In this document: positions 24,201 to 38,167 of the stretch, piece after piece | Numbering within the stretch: position 1 is the first letter of the stretch | Layout: each line of letters starts with the position of its first letter | Origin: Octopus sinensis | Lineage: Eukaryota | Direction of reading: 5' to 3' | NCBI RefSeq assembly: GCF_006345805.1 | Contig: NC_043010.1 | Span: 60,078,001-60,142,000 of the forward strand | DNA: 64,000 nucleotides | Translations under genes and position numbers: made by a program | The notes under the pieces: model-generated | Seen by the model: the letters and a program-made list of their open reading frames with translations, nothing else | What the model was told of the DNA's origin: nothing | Databases searched by the model: none

Positions 24201-25506
24201 CTTTATGTTCTTCATACAGAAAACATTCCTGGAATGTCATTATTGCCATAAGAGCTTAATTGAAATAACTTATTAACTGCTTTTCATAAGTTTTCCTATA
24301 CAAATAATAACAACTTTAACTGCTAATCATACAAATGGCTACTAAATTATGTATTCATTAAGTCTTAGATACACTTGGATTACATCCCAAATAAATTTTG
24401 GTGTGAAAAATCAAATGAATAATGTCAGGTATAGTGATATTTGCAAGAAGGAAATTGAAAATTTTTCAATAAATAAAACTGAGGTTTGAAACAAATATGG
24501 AGAGAACTGTAATTTTGTTGGCTCTAAAAGGACAATAAAGCACCTTCATATCTATCATGGGAAAGAATGCATAAGGTATAATCAAAGAAAATTTGAGGTA
24601 AAAGAGAGATAAAGGTGGTTGGTACAATTATCAAGTATAGAGAATGCAAAGAGAATGGTAAAATCATTAGTTTCAGATGTAAAGGGCCTTAAGAGAGTTG
24701 CATTTGAATTGTATAGATGGAGTTGGAGATGAAATGCACAAATTAGAAGAGATTCATTTAGCCCTGGCCTAGAAGGCATGGCAGCTGTTAGGAAGTGTTG
24801 AGTGCAGAGCTGAAGTGCGGCAGATGAAAGATATTTTAAATTCAGTGCTATTGAGTTTGGCACAGTAATGAGCTTAGCCGGAGGCTGTACAATTATTAGA
24901 TGTTAGAGAGTTTCTCCAAACTTTAAGAAAATGATTTTTCTGAAAGCCAGCATTCATACATTTGGATATAAACTATTTAGAAGAGAAAGGTAACATGGAA
25001 GCGATTCAGTAGGAAACATACAGTGACATTTACTGCTATTCAACGTTTATGATTATGGTGGCAGTGAGCAATAAGTAAGATGTTACAGTCACAAATCCAT
25101 ACATAATCATATGAATATTACATCATATATCTATTCAAAGGTATGTATGTGGATGTAGAATAGGACTAGGATGATACTGATATATACATACATATATATA
25201 TATATACAAAGAAATACATATGCAAGCTTATATATATATATCCATCCGTACACAAATATGTATGTTTACACACACACACACACACACACATACATGCATA
25301 TATATACATATATATATTCATATGTACATATATACATAAAAATATGTATCCATCCGTCCATACATACATACATACATAAATAAATACATGCATGCATGCA
25401 TACATCATCTTCGTTTCAACATTCACTTTTCTTTGCTTGCATGAGTTAGGCAGAATTCATTGAGGTAGACTTTTCTCTGGTCAGATACTCTTGCTCTCTG
25501 TCTCTG

Positions 25507-25555
<49 letters not shown>

Positions 25556-25739
25556 TTGGGTGGGGTGTATACACACACAGACAAGCACACACACATCAGT
25601 GTATCAACCAGATTGCCAGATGTTGTTATACACCACTGGTTGCAATGTGCTTCCTTGCATTGTTGTAGCTTTCAAATGATTCTATCTTGCTAGGCAAATT
25701 GGCATTCCCTCCCCCCCCCACTCAGAAGGCTAGTCCATC

Positions 25740-25885
25740 ACAGGGCAACCCCATTTATGGCTGAGTGGACTGGAGCAAAGTGAAATGAAGTGTTTTGCTC
25801 AAGAACAAAATGTACAGCGAGTTTGGAAATCAAAACCATCTCCTGGTCATGAGTGATACACCCCAACCACAACTCCATATGGCTT
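25740..25885 (-). mobile_element. SINE family 3, 5' part
   Basis: Reverse complement ttcttgagcaaaacacttcatttcactttgctccagtccactcagc matches the 12850 copy. Confidence 0.65.
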
Positions 25886-26038
25886 CACACACACACACAC
25901 ACACACACACACTACTTGACCCTGTTCTAGTTGATTTTGAAACAGATTTCTTTTCCACTATTCAAACAAACTAAATTAAAAAAGGGAACTTACCAACCAA
26001 CTAAACCAAAGAAAAAAATCCTTGAGTCCCACCTCACT

Positions 26039-26745
26039 GATAAGATACTTGTCCATCATATGGACAAATCTGGCAACGTACACTATGTAGACTATAACTG
26101 ACAGAGTCAATTCAATAAAAAAGAACCTGATCTCCAGGTACCAAATGAGATACTGAACAATATTGATAATGTACGATGCCAAACTCAGCATCATCATCAT
26201 CATCATCATCATCGTTTAGCGTCCGCTTTCCATGCTGTCATGGGTTGGATGGTTCGGCCAAGGTCTGGGAAGCCAGAAGGCTGCACCAGGCCCAGTCTGA
26301 TCTGGCAGTGTTTCTACAGCTGGATGCCCTTCCTAACGCCAACCACTCCGTGAGACATTTTTTTAGCATACAAAACCAAATAGAAGCCAACACTCTGTAT
26401 GAACCCTAAATGATCTCACTGAATGACCACTGGACTTCTACTACACTCCAAAATATCTGACTGAATCAACTTGACCAAGTTTCACATCAGCTGGATCAGT
26501 GAGAGAGTTCGCCATAGAATAGTTCCAATTATTAAACAATGCACTGAACCAAATTTGTGGATTAGCACAGCAGAGGTAATTAACTGGTTCCAACAATTTA
26601 AGGATTAACCCAGGACTAAATTAATCTAGTTCAGCATAGGAAACTACAACCTGTCCATCATATAGCCATTACGAGAAACTGCCTTGGATTTTACTTAAAA
26701 CTTTACGAGAATTGGAGACCTAGGACATCAGCATCATCCTGCATG
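26039..26745 (+). mobile_element. Penelope-like element reverse-transcriptase fragment, interrupted by the SINE/LINE end at 26189-26354
   Basis: DKILVHHMDKSGNVHY (ADK..N motif), then NLWISTAEVINWFQQFKD*PRTKLI*FSIGNYNLSII*PLRETALDF...DISIILH. This resembles the NQW..T..VI.WF....FDI..FYPSI...AL.F pattern of Nematis-like PLE RTs. Confidence 0.6.
26189..26354 (-). mobile_element. RTE-tail-type SINE/LINE 3' end with (ATG)n tail, well preserved
   Basis: (CAT)n-cgtttagcgtccgctttccatgctgtcatgggttggatgg...ctggatgcccttcctaacgccaaccact with CpGs retained. Confidence 0.75.
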
Positions 26746-28862
26746 ATTGGAAAGCAATTCCAAGATGTGAAACCCCTCAGGAACACAACTTGGTAACTGC
26801 TTTGCCTTCACTTTTATCACTAGCATCTTTATCACCCATTATATATATATATATATATATACTGAACATATATGTGTGTGTATTCTTCTGTTTATACAAC
26901 ATCTTGATGGGGCATAAAACCTAATGTTAGAGAAGAACAATGAAGTTAATAGTCCCGAAAACCCAAACAATTCAAGCTATGAACATAAATTTTGAAATCA
27001 TGTTATTTCACTCACAATTTGATATTCTTGTAGAAGAGAGTGTCTAAGTTTCTGCAGAAATTCTAACCACTTTAAAGAAATGTGTTAGCCTCTTAGATTT
27101 TATGCTAAACCTTCCCAAAGATAAATTCAATTAATTTATCTAAAGACTCAATAAAATTATTAATACCCATTACAATATAAATATTAATATTAGGACAACT
27201 CAGAAATACAACTTTGTGTCATTAGTATGCATTTATGACACTGGTAATACCTGTATCTTATTCATAAATATTTACCTGGTTACATATATTGATAATGATT
27301 ACTGTCTACAAATATTATTCTCTATGCATTGATTTCAAAAATCAATTATGTATCATCATAAAAAGAAATAAAATATACCTTCCTATAACATATATGAATA
27401 TAAATATATATATATTTGTGTGTGTGTGTGCTTGGGTATTATATCATGTGTGAGTATGCATGAGTGTATGTGTTTATGTATATACATGTGTGTGAATACA
27501 ATACCTGTCATCACTCCTTCTCCCCCTGGTTATTCCCAGTTGACATCCATTTCTTATTGATATCTGCACCACACCTATTTACAAGCCCACCTCTGATTAG
27601 TATTCATTACATACATCCCCTATACATCTGTTCACCTCTATCCCATGTTTATATCCATCTCTCACTCTTCTACATGCTTACAACCTTACGTACCCTCCTT
27701 CATTCTTCTGCATCCATGCTCTCTTCTATTCACCTTCTTGGACATGTGACCTTTAGGGTACTTTGTGGTACCTTGCCACCACCATATTTACCTCTCTTTC
27801 GGGCATCCTTTCAACCAACTCATGCATTCATGTTAAATGCAAGGTAGCCATGAATCCCTTCCATAACAATAAACTTAACTCGGGAATTTTACCTGCTCTA
27901 GATAGAGATTACAGGTCCTCCCATCATACTTAAATCTCTCAACACCAAGCATTAAGTGACTGTTCCATCTCATATTCTGCCTCTCGGTCAAGGTGTTTTA
28001 GTCATGTGAGTTACAAATCAACATGACTAATGCTCGTGCCACAGAAAAAGCATTTGCATTTCACTGAGTAAAGTGGTCAATGTTAGGAATAGCCAGTATA
28101 TGGACATGCTAGCCTATCACTCAGGATATCCCAGAAACAGCCATAAAGCTTCAAATTCTCCTTACCCTAATTAAATATTCTAAATGACTTGGGATGCCTG
28201 TCCTACCTTGTTTTTTGTTGTCCTTTTTACTCTTATTTTATATATATATATATATATATACACACACCAAGTAAGTTAGGGGTTATGGATCCAACCCACT
28301 AAGGGACAATATTTATCCAATATACTGTTAGTATAATACCCAAATTATTAATACACAAATGTTTTTAATTGTAATGCAATTAACTTACTTATTGTATTAA
28401 ACGGGTGAAAGTAAAGAAATATTTTACCATTAATTTATAATACAAATAAGAAAATGGAGAAACAATTTAGTTGGTTCATCAGCTTTCAGATATTAGAATG
28501 TTGGATTATTTATTCATTTAACAAAAATGAGAACCTTAATAGCATAAATATATACATTATAATTCAATACATTTAAGATAAGAATACAATTATAAAAATC
28601 ATAATATAAATTACTGAAATCATTAAAATCACTCCTTACAGCTGTTTGGGTGTGTGTGTATATGTATGTGCGTGTATGTTTGTATGTGTGTGTGTGTGTG
28701 TGTGTATGAAGACAGAATTGATTGGGGCAGATTTTTTCCCTACCTTCACCTTTTCCTCCATGGCAGGTCATGTTTTCATTCTAGATTCAAAATAAAGAAC
28801 ATGACTTCAATGACAGTGACACTCATTTACAGCTATTGTATAAGGTCAAGACAGCTGGACAT

Positions 28863-28900
<38 letters not shown>

Positions 28901-29464
28901 ATATATATGCCTATATAATATGTGTGCATATATATATGTAGTAATTTATTCAACTAATGATTCTTACAAGACTGGTCCTCTTTCCTTCCCTTTAGAATTG
29001 TTTCTTCAGTGAATCTGAAAGTTCAGGAAACAAGACTAGCCTCATACAACTTATTGTTTTAATGTCCATTCTATGTCCTGTTTGCTTTGATTTGAATTGT
29101 GACTCACTTCTTTTTTAATAAAAAAAATATAAAACTTTATCACACGCACCGTTTTTCTTAGAATCAACTGTTTTCTGTTCATTCAATTCTCAATTAATTC
29201 AGCAGTAATTTCAAATTTTCTTAGGTTTTTCAAGGTTTTAGCCTTGATACAAATTATTGTTTAACTTTATTTCTTAATAATTACAATCAAATTCCATTTT
29301 AAGTCACTTATTTTCTTCATTACAGAATAAATTTAATTAATTAGCTATGTTATTGTAACTATAATAAAAATTATAATCACCACCAACATCATTATTAGTC
29401 TGATGAAAAATCATTATAGATTCTTAATTATATTGCCATCTAGATTTTTCTTGCAATCTTATAC

Positions 29465-29507
<43 letters not shown>

Positions 29508-30142
29508 ACGTGCACGTAAGTGTGAGAGCACATGTGTGCATGTGTGTGTGCACATGCACATGAGTGTGTGAGTGCACATGTGTGCATGTATGGGTGAGTG
29601 AATGATTGTATTAATAATAATTCTGCTTATTGATTTAATAGATATAATCTTTAGTAATTACTCTTATTGCTTTAATTATAACTTATTGCATATACTACTC
29701 TAAAATACTAATTTTTTGATTATTGTTGACAGTTGATAATTAACATACCACCCACTACCAACTACATTCCCAGTGACTTGTTCACCTTTTCTGTCTTTAA
29801 TTATTCTACAGCAATGTGCATGAGTGTTATATGACAATTCTATGTTGAGATAATCCCATGATTGGGTCCTAATAGGTAGGCTAGTATAAAAGATTTGATT
29901 TTATAGACTCCTTCTAATTCTGCTATATTTACCTACACTGAATATGGTGACGTTTTACATTACCTGTAATCATATCAAAACTGAAGCGATGTATAATTAG
30001 AATATAATTGTACAGACAGCCATTGTTTAAAGTATTTTCTAATGAAAGCATCAAATAGAAATAACACCTGTCTTCAGTTATGTATAATATACTAGTGTCC
30101 ACATACTCTCTCCACAACACTAATATCAAGAAGCCTTTTTGT

Positions 30143-30902
30143 GAATGTGACCTGGGCATTCCTGTCAGCAGCGATTTGCACTGGACAAAGCACATCTCTA
30201 AAATTGTCCAGAAGGCTGAGGGTGTCTTGGCATCACTCAGCAAAATTTTTGTCAGCCAATCTCCAGCTATCTATTTAAACTGTATATGCCTATAGTGAGG
30301 CCACACTTGGAATCTGCATCACCAGTCTGGAACCTCTATCTTGCTCAGGACATTGACATCCTGGAAACTGTTCAGAGATGTGCAACCAAGCAATTGCCCT
30401 CCATCAGGAATCTACCATACTCTGAATGCCTTGCTTCCCTGTGCATAGATACATTGAAGCTCTGACGTCTGGCAACTGACTTGGTAAACACCCACAAAAT
30501 TATTAACCATGGTGCCAACCACCATCTTGAGCACCTTTTTGAACTCAATGTGTCTAACTCATGTGGGCATGTCTACAAAGTCAGAAAACAGCACAGCCCC
30601 CATGACTTTCGGAAACATTTTTTCACACTCGGAATTGCTGAAGCATGGAACAAACTACCTGCATCAGCTGTTAGTTGCCAAGACATTGCATCCTTTAAAA
30701 CCTCCATGCTTCCTGAAATTCACCAACACTACACCTGACATCCCCTTCTATTCACATGCACACATGTATATCATAACTTGTACACTGTTCCCTTTCCTGA
30801 TATTTATACATAATTCTATGTACTGTACATGCACCTTTGATAAGTTGTAGTGCACCTGAGCACTATACACAAGAATTTCATCATCATCATTATTATTATT
30901 AT
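30143..30902 (+). mobile_element. CR1-clade LINE 3' fragment (ORF2 C-terminus + 3'UTR + (CAT/TAT)n tail)
   Basis: DLGIPVSSDLHWTKHISKIVQKA...VRPHLESASPVW..DIDILETVQRCATK...DLVNTHKII...GHVYK...RKHFFTLGIAEAWNKLP...FK. Confidence 0.9.
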
Positions 30903-32270
30903 TTAAAAGGCATAATATGAATTATAAAGACATAAGAGCAAAGAAGACTGCTAGCTTGAAGCCCTTACATCTTCATGAGAGCCTCTGCACAGATATTTGG
31001 CATATTCCCTCAAATCATACCCTACTGTCTTAATATGGTCTTAGATATATAAATACTAGCTTCTTTATGGCTAGAATGCCTTTGATTATAGATGGTGTGC
31101 TCAATTAGGCCTGATCTGGAGCTAGACAACAACTACAAGGTTTCTTAGATTCTTTCTGACAAAATATGGATGAGAGTCCTGCTGGATTGCTGCAGTCAGA
31201 ATTTTTCCTCACTGAATAATTAGCTCTACTAATTTTGTAGGAGAGGGAGAAGAACAGTTGAAAGTTCTTAGTGAGTCTGGAAACTGATTTCAATTGTCAG
31301 TGGGACATTTACCATCACTTATATTGCTAATTCACTGGAGAGGCATAAACATATCCAATCTGTCCTTTTTCCCAAATACAATAGATTCAAGTGTTCACTG
31401 GTGAATATCACCAATTATAACAAAATCAAGTATTTGACTCTATGAATGTGAATTAGTAAAAGCCACATAATTAACCACTCAGATATTTTCAAAAACCTAT
31501 TCTGTCAATGCTGTTATAAGTGGGTGCAGTGGTACGAGCTGCAGAATTTTCTTGAATTATAATACTTTATGGCATTTACTTGTGAACATAGTTGATAGAT
31601 TGTGGCTAAAGAGGAATGAGTATAATTCACTGTATGTTAATTTGCTATGTTAAGTTTGTGAAGATGAGAGTCAATGAGTCCATAAAGGATGGTTTTGATG
31701 AGTAATTATGGAATAGGAATATTTGTTACACATTGAGTAAAGAAATGTAGAAATCTCAATGATGGCAGCAGAGATTATTTAAGATATGCTGGGGGTGATT
31801 TAACATGAGAAAACTGTGGAACAGGTGAAGTATAGTTGTGAAATAATTATTGCAATGACCGATAGCGGTAGCATATATTAAAATATCTATAGTTATATGC
31901 TATATATATATATATTGCTTATTTATGCACATGGCAGAATATATATTGATACATCAGCCTGATTGTGTCAATGAACAATTATGACAATATCCTTGTAATT
32001 AACTGATTTTATTTAGTGTCTCTTAAATAGTATTTTGATATGAAATAGTGTAGTCAGATGGAACTTTGAAAAGGGAAGATACAACTATTTACAAGCAGTC
32101 CTCACGAACTGGTACTTAACTTTAACATTTATTTGTATATAGAATATAAAACAGAAATATGTTTATGTACGTAAGAAGATCGTATATACAGAAATTTTAA
32201 GATTTGATATGAAATACTGTATAGAGTTAGCTTTTAATGTCAATTATGAACAAAAATACTGTTCATGTGT

Positions 32271-32480
32271 CTATGTATGTATGTATGCATGTATGCATGT
32301 TTGTATGCATGTATGTGTGCATGCATGCACGTATGTATGTATGTATGTATTTATTTATTTCAGTATGTATTTATGTATGTATGTATGTATGTATGCATGC
32401 ATGCATACATGTATATATGAATGCATCTATATATGCATGCATGTATGTGTGCATGCATGCATATTATATATTAATGTATG
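32271..32480. repeat. (ATGT)n/(ATGC)n tetranucleotide microsatellite
   Basis: Direct inspection. Confidence 0.9.
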
Positions 32481-33443
32481 AGTAAAAAAAGGTGATGAAG
32501 AAGATAATAGATAGGAAACCATTCACTGAATTATTTATCCATTCAGATATATTGTGTTAACATAAGTCAATTAGCAATTTGCAGTTGAAAGTAAGAGCTT
32601 TGTTTTGCATTTACTTTCTGTTCATGTCATCCTTATAAAAGTTACATTCAGAAACCTAGAGGGAGTTGTGTAAAATATACAAATAAGAATGCCTTTTCAG
32701 ATTTAAGGGCAGCAATTTCATATTTTCCTATACTGTATTACCAATATCTAAACGTATATCAATACTTATATTAATTATATATAACCTTATGCAAAAATAT
32801 GTAAATATTCATTTGTTAATGATATAAAGCTAAAGAAATTCATGCTTTTATATAGATCCATATGAATATGTGTAAACAGTCAATCATTTTAGTTGCTTTC
32901 AACAGTTTTCTCTCTTCTGGTCAGATTGCAAATATAACAAATGGATCAAAGGGAATCTGTACTGGGTGATTCATGTCTGTGTAAATAGATTTGTAGATGC
33001 AGAAACAGTCACATTTAAATATGAATAGATAAATTGATCTCAGCTGATCTAATTTAGTTACTACTTTCTTTACACTGAAGTTTATCACCTTCCAACATCA
33101 CAGAGGCATTCACAAGAGAAGCAGTTTCTAGAAATTACACTTCTAGAAGTTCATTCGGATTCTATTCTTAACTACAAGGATTTTTTTCCCTCAGTTTTAG
33201 AAGTGAGAGGATGAATATGTTTCTAAATGAAAAGTTTAGCACATTAATGTTATTCAGAATCGTATCATTGATCGTACAACAGAACCTTATAGCAAATCTA
33301 AGTTGAAGGTAAGTGAACGATTTCTAAAATGCTAGACACTGGTGTGAATGTCCTTTGCAGCATCCCCTTTTTATTCTACTGGCAGAAGAGTGTTTCCCCA
33401 CAAAGAACGTATATGTTTTCCCTGCGGGGGTACCTGTAAATAC

Positions 33444-33444
<1 letters not shown>

Positions 33445-33483
<39 letters not shown>

Positions 33484-33591
33484 GTAGTAGTAGTAGTAGT
33501 AGTAGTAGCAGTGGTGGTGGTGGTGGTGGTGGTGGTGGGAGTAGTAGTAGTAGTAGTAGTAAGAAGAAGCAGCAGCAATAGTAGTAGTAGT
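33445..33591. repeat. In-phase compound trinucleotide repeat (TTA)n(GTA)n(GTG)n(GTA)n(AGA)n(GCA)n
   Basis: Direct inspection. Confidence 0.9.
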
Positions 33592-33788
33592 ATGGTAGAG
33601 AGCTGGTAGAATGAACACATTGAATAAAATGCTCACTGGCGTGTCTCTTGGCTTTACATTCTACGGTTAAATTCCCTTTTGGGGTTGATAAAATAAGAAG
33701 CTACCAATCAAGAGCTGGGGTTGATGTAATCAACAAGCCCTCTCACCCCAAATTTCAGGTCTTGTGCCTATGGTGAAAGAAAAGATTT
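33590..33788 (+). mobile_element. SINE family 2 (decayed, internally deleted)
   Basis: gagctggtagaa...ggggttgataaaataag...ctggggttgatgtaatcaac...aaatttcaggtcttgtgcc. Confidence 0.6.
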
Positions 33789-33859
33789 ACTATTATTGTC
33801 GTTGTTGCTAATGCTATTACATGCTATATTATTGTTTATCAGGAATGTTATGTTGTCTT

Positions 33860-34660
33860 GAGATTTGGTGACAAGTCTCCTCAAGTTTTCGGATTCTTGC
33901 GGAATACATGATTGCACTTTTCTTCAGGTCAACAATGCATGTCTCAATTTCAGTATCCTTTAGCTTCTTAGGCAGCACTCATTATAAGTGTGCCAATTAC
34001 CACAGGAATAGTTGGCATCTTGCTCTTTAACAATCTCTTCATTTCTCTGGCTAAGTCCAGGTATTTCTCAGTTTTCTCTTTTATTTCTTTTTTTTCTTTA
34101 GTCTCCACTCTATAATCAGGTGGGTTTGCAATGTCTATGATTTAATACTTTTACTTTTGTCCCCTACAGTCACATCTGGTTTTCTTGCTTCAATAAATAC
34201 GGTCAATCTTTAAGGAGAAATCCCATAAAATCCTGTAATTATTATTCTCTATGACAGCCTCTGGCTTGTGTTCATCCCGGTTTTCAGCTACATTGAATCC
34301 ACACACTTGACTTACATCCCAATGCACTCATTTTCTGACATACTCCTATCTCTATTTATACTCTTCTTCAACTAGCTTACTGCATTTACTCAAGAGATGC
34401 TTAACACTTTTGTCTCCTTTCCTACAGATTCTGCATTTGCTTTCTGAGTTTCATTCATTTTTGCCTTTATCAAATTTAGTCTATATGACTTGTTCTCAGT
34501 GACCGTAATTAGTGATTCTGTTTCATGTTTCAGGTTTCCCTACATCAGACACAACCAGCATTCTTGGTTTCTTGCATGAATTTGCTATATAATTCTTTTT
34601 CTTTCCAGTTACTTTTCCTGTCGATATTACTTCAGTTTTTGCATTCCACCACTGTTTCAA
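33860..34660 (-). mobile_element. R4/Dong-like (restriction-like endonuclease) non-LTR retrotransposon 3' fragment
   Basis: Minus strand reads LKHETESLIT..SLRTSHID..KCRICRKGDKSVKHLLSKC (CCHC), HKPEAVIENNNYRILWDF, IIDIANPPDYRVE, EKYLDLAREMKRL, IPVVIGTL, KSAIMYSARIRK. Confidence 0.85.
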
Positions 34661-34734
34661 TAACCTTTTGAATATTTCTAGCAGCAAATAGTATTCTCTC
34701 TTCACAACATACAATCCAATATTGCAGTATTAAT

Positions 34735-35760
34735 GGTGTCTTCTGCATGTAGCAATCCTCTTCAAAAGTTTTCTAGTCTTTTATTCGTGACCTCCTATAT
34801 GCAGATGACTGTGACATAGTCACTCATACAGTGGATGACATGCAAATACTTATGAATTGTATTTCTGCTTCTTGCATGTTGTAATGTTCCAGCCTGCACC
34901 AGGAAATCCATATGTGGAACCAGCTAACTTGGTTAAAGGAACAATACCGGAAGTGGTAGACAAGTTTGTTTACCTGGTCAGCATACTCAGCCGTTCTTGC
35001 TCCTTGGAAGATGAAATATCTTTAAGGCTGCAGAGAGCAACTGATTCCTTAAGGTCTCTTCAGTCTCGTATCTGGGCCCAGCATGGCATCACAAGGCAAA
35101 CAAAAATTGCTGTGTACCATGCATGTGTCCTGACATTGCTCCTTTACTAATGTGAGATACGGAACCTTTACAAACATCATGCAAAGGTCCTTGAACGCTT
35201 TAATCAGAGATGTCTGAGACACATTCTGATTGTTGGCTGAACCTTAAAAACCCCAGATACACAGGTCCTGAGGAAAGCTGATGTCTTGAGTATTGAGGCG
35301 ATGGTGCATAAGCACCGTTTACATTGGAATGGACATGTTAGAATGAAGGATAGCAGGATCCCTAAACAGATGCTATATGGGGAACTTGGTAATAGGAAAA
35401 GACCCCAGCAGAAACCAAGGCTGCGATTTAAGGACTGTGTCAAGTCCTCAATAAAGGCCTGTAATATGCAGGAGACTGAATGAAAGAACTCTCTCAAAGG
35501 TGTCAACCTTTGAGAGAGAGCACGTATTCTGCATAAAGAATTTAAGCTTGCTGCTCAAAAGCACATGGCTAGTGTAATGAATGGGGAAAGCTTGGTTTGC
35601 AATGTTTGCTGTCATGTATGCTTGTCAACAGGAGGACGCATTAGCCACCAATGGAGCCACAAATGCAAAATATAAGTTAGTCCTAGAGCGCACAATGTTC
35701 CTAAAGGTCAGCAATGGTCTTCCTGGGTCATGAGTGTATGGCCATCATGTATGTATGTAT
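34735..35760 (+). mobile_element. RTE-BovB-like LINE 3' fragment (RT YADD to 3' end)
   Basis: IRDLLYADDC (tat gca gat gac at 34798-34809), VMFQPAPGNPYVEP, VDKFVYLVSILSRSCSLEDEISLRLQRA, KIAVYHACVLTLLLY, RLHWNGHVRMKDSRIPKQMLYGEL, RLRFKDCVK. Confidence 0.85.
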
Positions 35761-36581
35761 TTAACAGGGTTTGGCACAATTTTCATCTACTAATTCCACT
35801 CACAAGTCATTGGTCGGTTGGAAGCTAAAGGCAAAGACTCAAGCTGCCAGATAAATCTCAAACCATATTGTCGTGAAGTGAACTTTGTAACTGCACAACC
35901 ACTCTTGCAGAATACATGTGTGTGTATTATGAGAATTAAAATTGGGATTCCATACTGATCCCCTGCATTCCTCAACAGCAGTGTTGATCTGCTACCATTC
36001 TTTCAATCAGTTAAAAGATTTGACTGTAAGACAAGATAAACAAACCTAACTGGAACATGTCACAAGATAAGGTGTTGGGACAAAAATTCTAACATTTCAT
36101 CTTAGACATGACAATGAAAGTTTTAATATCTTGTATTCCACAAGATGATCAAAATTCTATCATCCTGTCTTACACATGATGACCAAAATTCTAAAATCCC
36201 AACTTACAAACTTTGTCAGACTTAAGTTGAATTTTACTGACTGCAAGAATGTTAGTACATCAATACAGCTGACCGAGGCCAGTGTATTTAGAGAAGACTG
36301 AGACTGCATTTATGTAATATTTATTTATATTCTATCAACTGGTATTTCTTCAATTTGGTACCACTAACATAATGTGTGTGTGTGTGTATAATGACCAATT
36401 TTAAATACCATTGGAACTTACTCACAAGGTACAGGAATCTTATATGTATACCATTCTGCCTAAATAATGGAACTGCAGATACAATATCCCTGCATATTTC
36501 ATGTCTATTTTCATTCCTCCACTTCACTCACTATTTCATATCTTATCTAGAATAACTATGGCTTAACCTTTTTCTCACATC

Positions 36582-36629
36582 GTCTCCGATGAAGGGATAT
36601 ATAAAATATCCTGGAAACAGCAGTAAAAC
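36582..36629 (+). ncRNA. Minimal type I hammerhead motif, family E (decayed)
   Basis: GTCT-CCGATGA-A-GGGATAT(ATAAA)ATATCCT-G-GAA-ACAGCAGT-A/AAAC. 7-bp stem II, near-palindromic stem III and a GUA site. Confidence 0.55.
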
Positions 36630-37091
36630 CTTCTATTTATAAATGTTCTGAAATCTTTCAAAGCCTTGGATTTTTATCTCATTCTGTTAATTTATATATA
36701 TATATATACATACATACATATCCATCCAAATTGAGCAGGTAAAATCCAGGCTACATATGTTTCATAGCTAGCAGAACCTTGGAAGTAAAAATTACTCAGA
36801 CCGAAGATACCTTAGTTAAATATAACCTTCAGTTCTTCTACCTGGCGAACTCCTGTTAACCTACCCATGCACGTATACACACACACACACACACACATGT
36901 ATGCATGCATGCATATACGTGTGTGTGTGTGTGAATAAATGGAGGGAAAAATATTAAAGCAAAATTTAAAAGGAAATAGCTGTGAGAACAAATTTTTAGT
37001 TTTTTAACAAGTTACGATGAGTTATAATGGTGATTATGAGTTTTATATGAATGGTAACTACGTAAAGGAAACAAATATACAGTTCTTGTGT

Positions 37092-37124
<33 letters not shown>

Positions 37125-37914
37125 TCAGAGGGAAATATAGTTACTATGACAATGGTCGAAAAGCTAAATTTAATGTTTATTTTTTATACTAAAAGATTTT
37201 TGGTCAATGGATTTGCAAGACTAACAGAGCATTGAGCTAAATACCTCATTGCAATAATGTCAGTAATATATTAGAGTTCCCCCATTCAGTGACATTATTG
37301 CCTTTTGTAAATTAACCTTGTGCCTAGTCAAAGAAATTACCCAGCAACAACATCAGCTATGATCTGGAATTTATAGACATGAGCTTCACAGGTTAAAGCA
37401 AGAGTCAGTGAGAGAGAGAGAGAAAAAATCACAAAGCCACAAAAGTAATTGTAATCAGCTTATTTGCATATAAATTGATTTGTTAACTTCTTTTGTAATT
37501 TGAATAGTAAATATCAATGTTATCTTGTAGGAATCTAAATCTTGGGATTATCTGACTACAGGACTATCTTGCTTCAATTACTTTCAATGATTTAGCTAAT
37601 TCACTTGTTTCCACACAAACTGGTAAAACCTTTTCATATGTGTGTGTGATTGTGTGTTACCTATTTTCTCACATATATACACAAATAAAACTAAGTTTCT
37701 GCCATTCTAGCATTCTTTTTAAGTCTCTCAGATTTTATTTGTATTATACATTGATTATTTTCTATTGGGTAGAAAGCTAAAATTTTGCTGGGAGGAAAAC
37801 CAACTCCAGTGGGATTTGAACTCAAAGCAAGTTACAAATCATAAACTCCAGTCTTTACTGTCTGCCCCATCTCTAGTGCTCTTTCATTTTACCATCTCAC
37901 CTAGGATTTTGGTT

Positions 37915-38124
37915 CTCTCTTTCTCTCTTTTACTTGTTTCAGTCATTTGACTGCGGCCATGCTGGAGCACCGCCTTTAGTCGAGCAGATCGACCCCGGGA
38001 CTTATTCTTTGAAAGCCCAGTACTTATTCTATTGGTCTCTTTTGCCGGGGACATAAACACACCAGCATCGGTTGTCAAGCAATGCTAGCGGGACAAACAC
38101 AGACACACAAACATATACACACAC

Positions 38125-38167
<43 letters not shown>

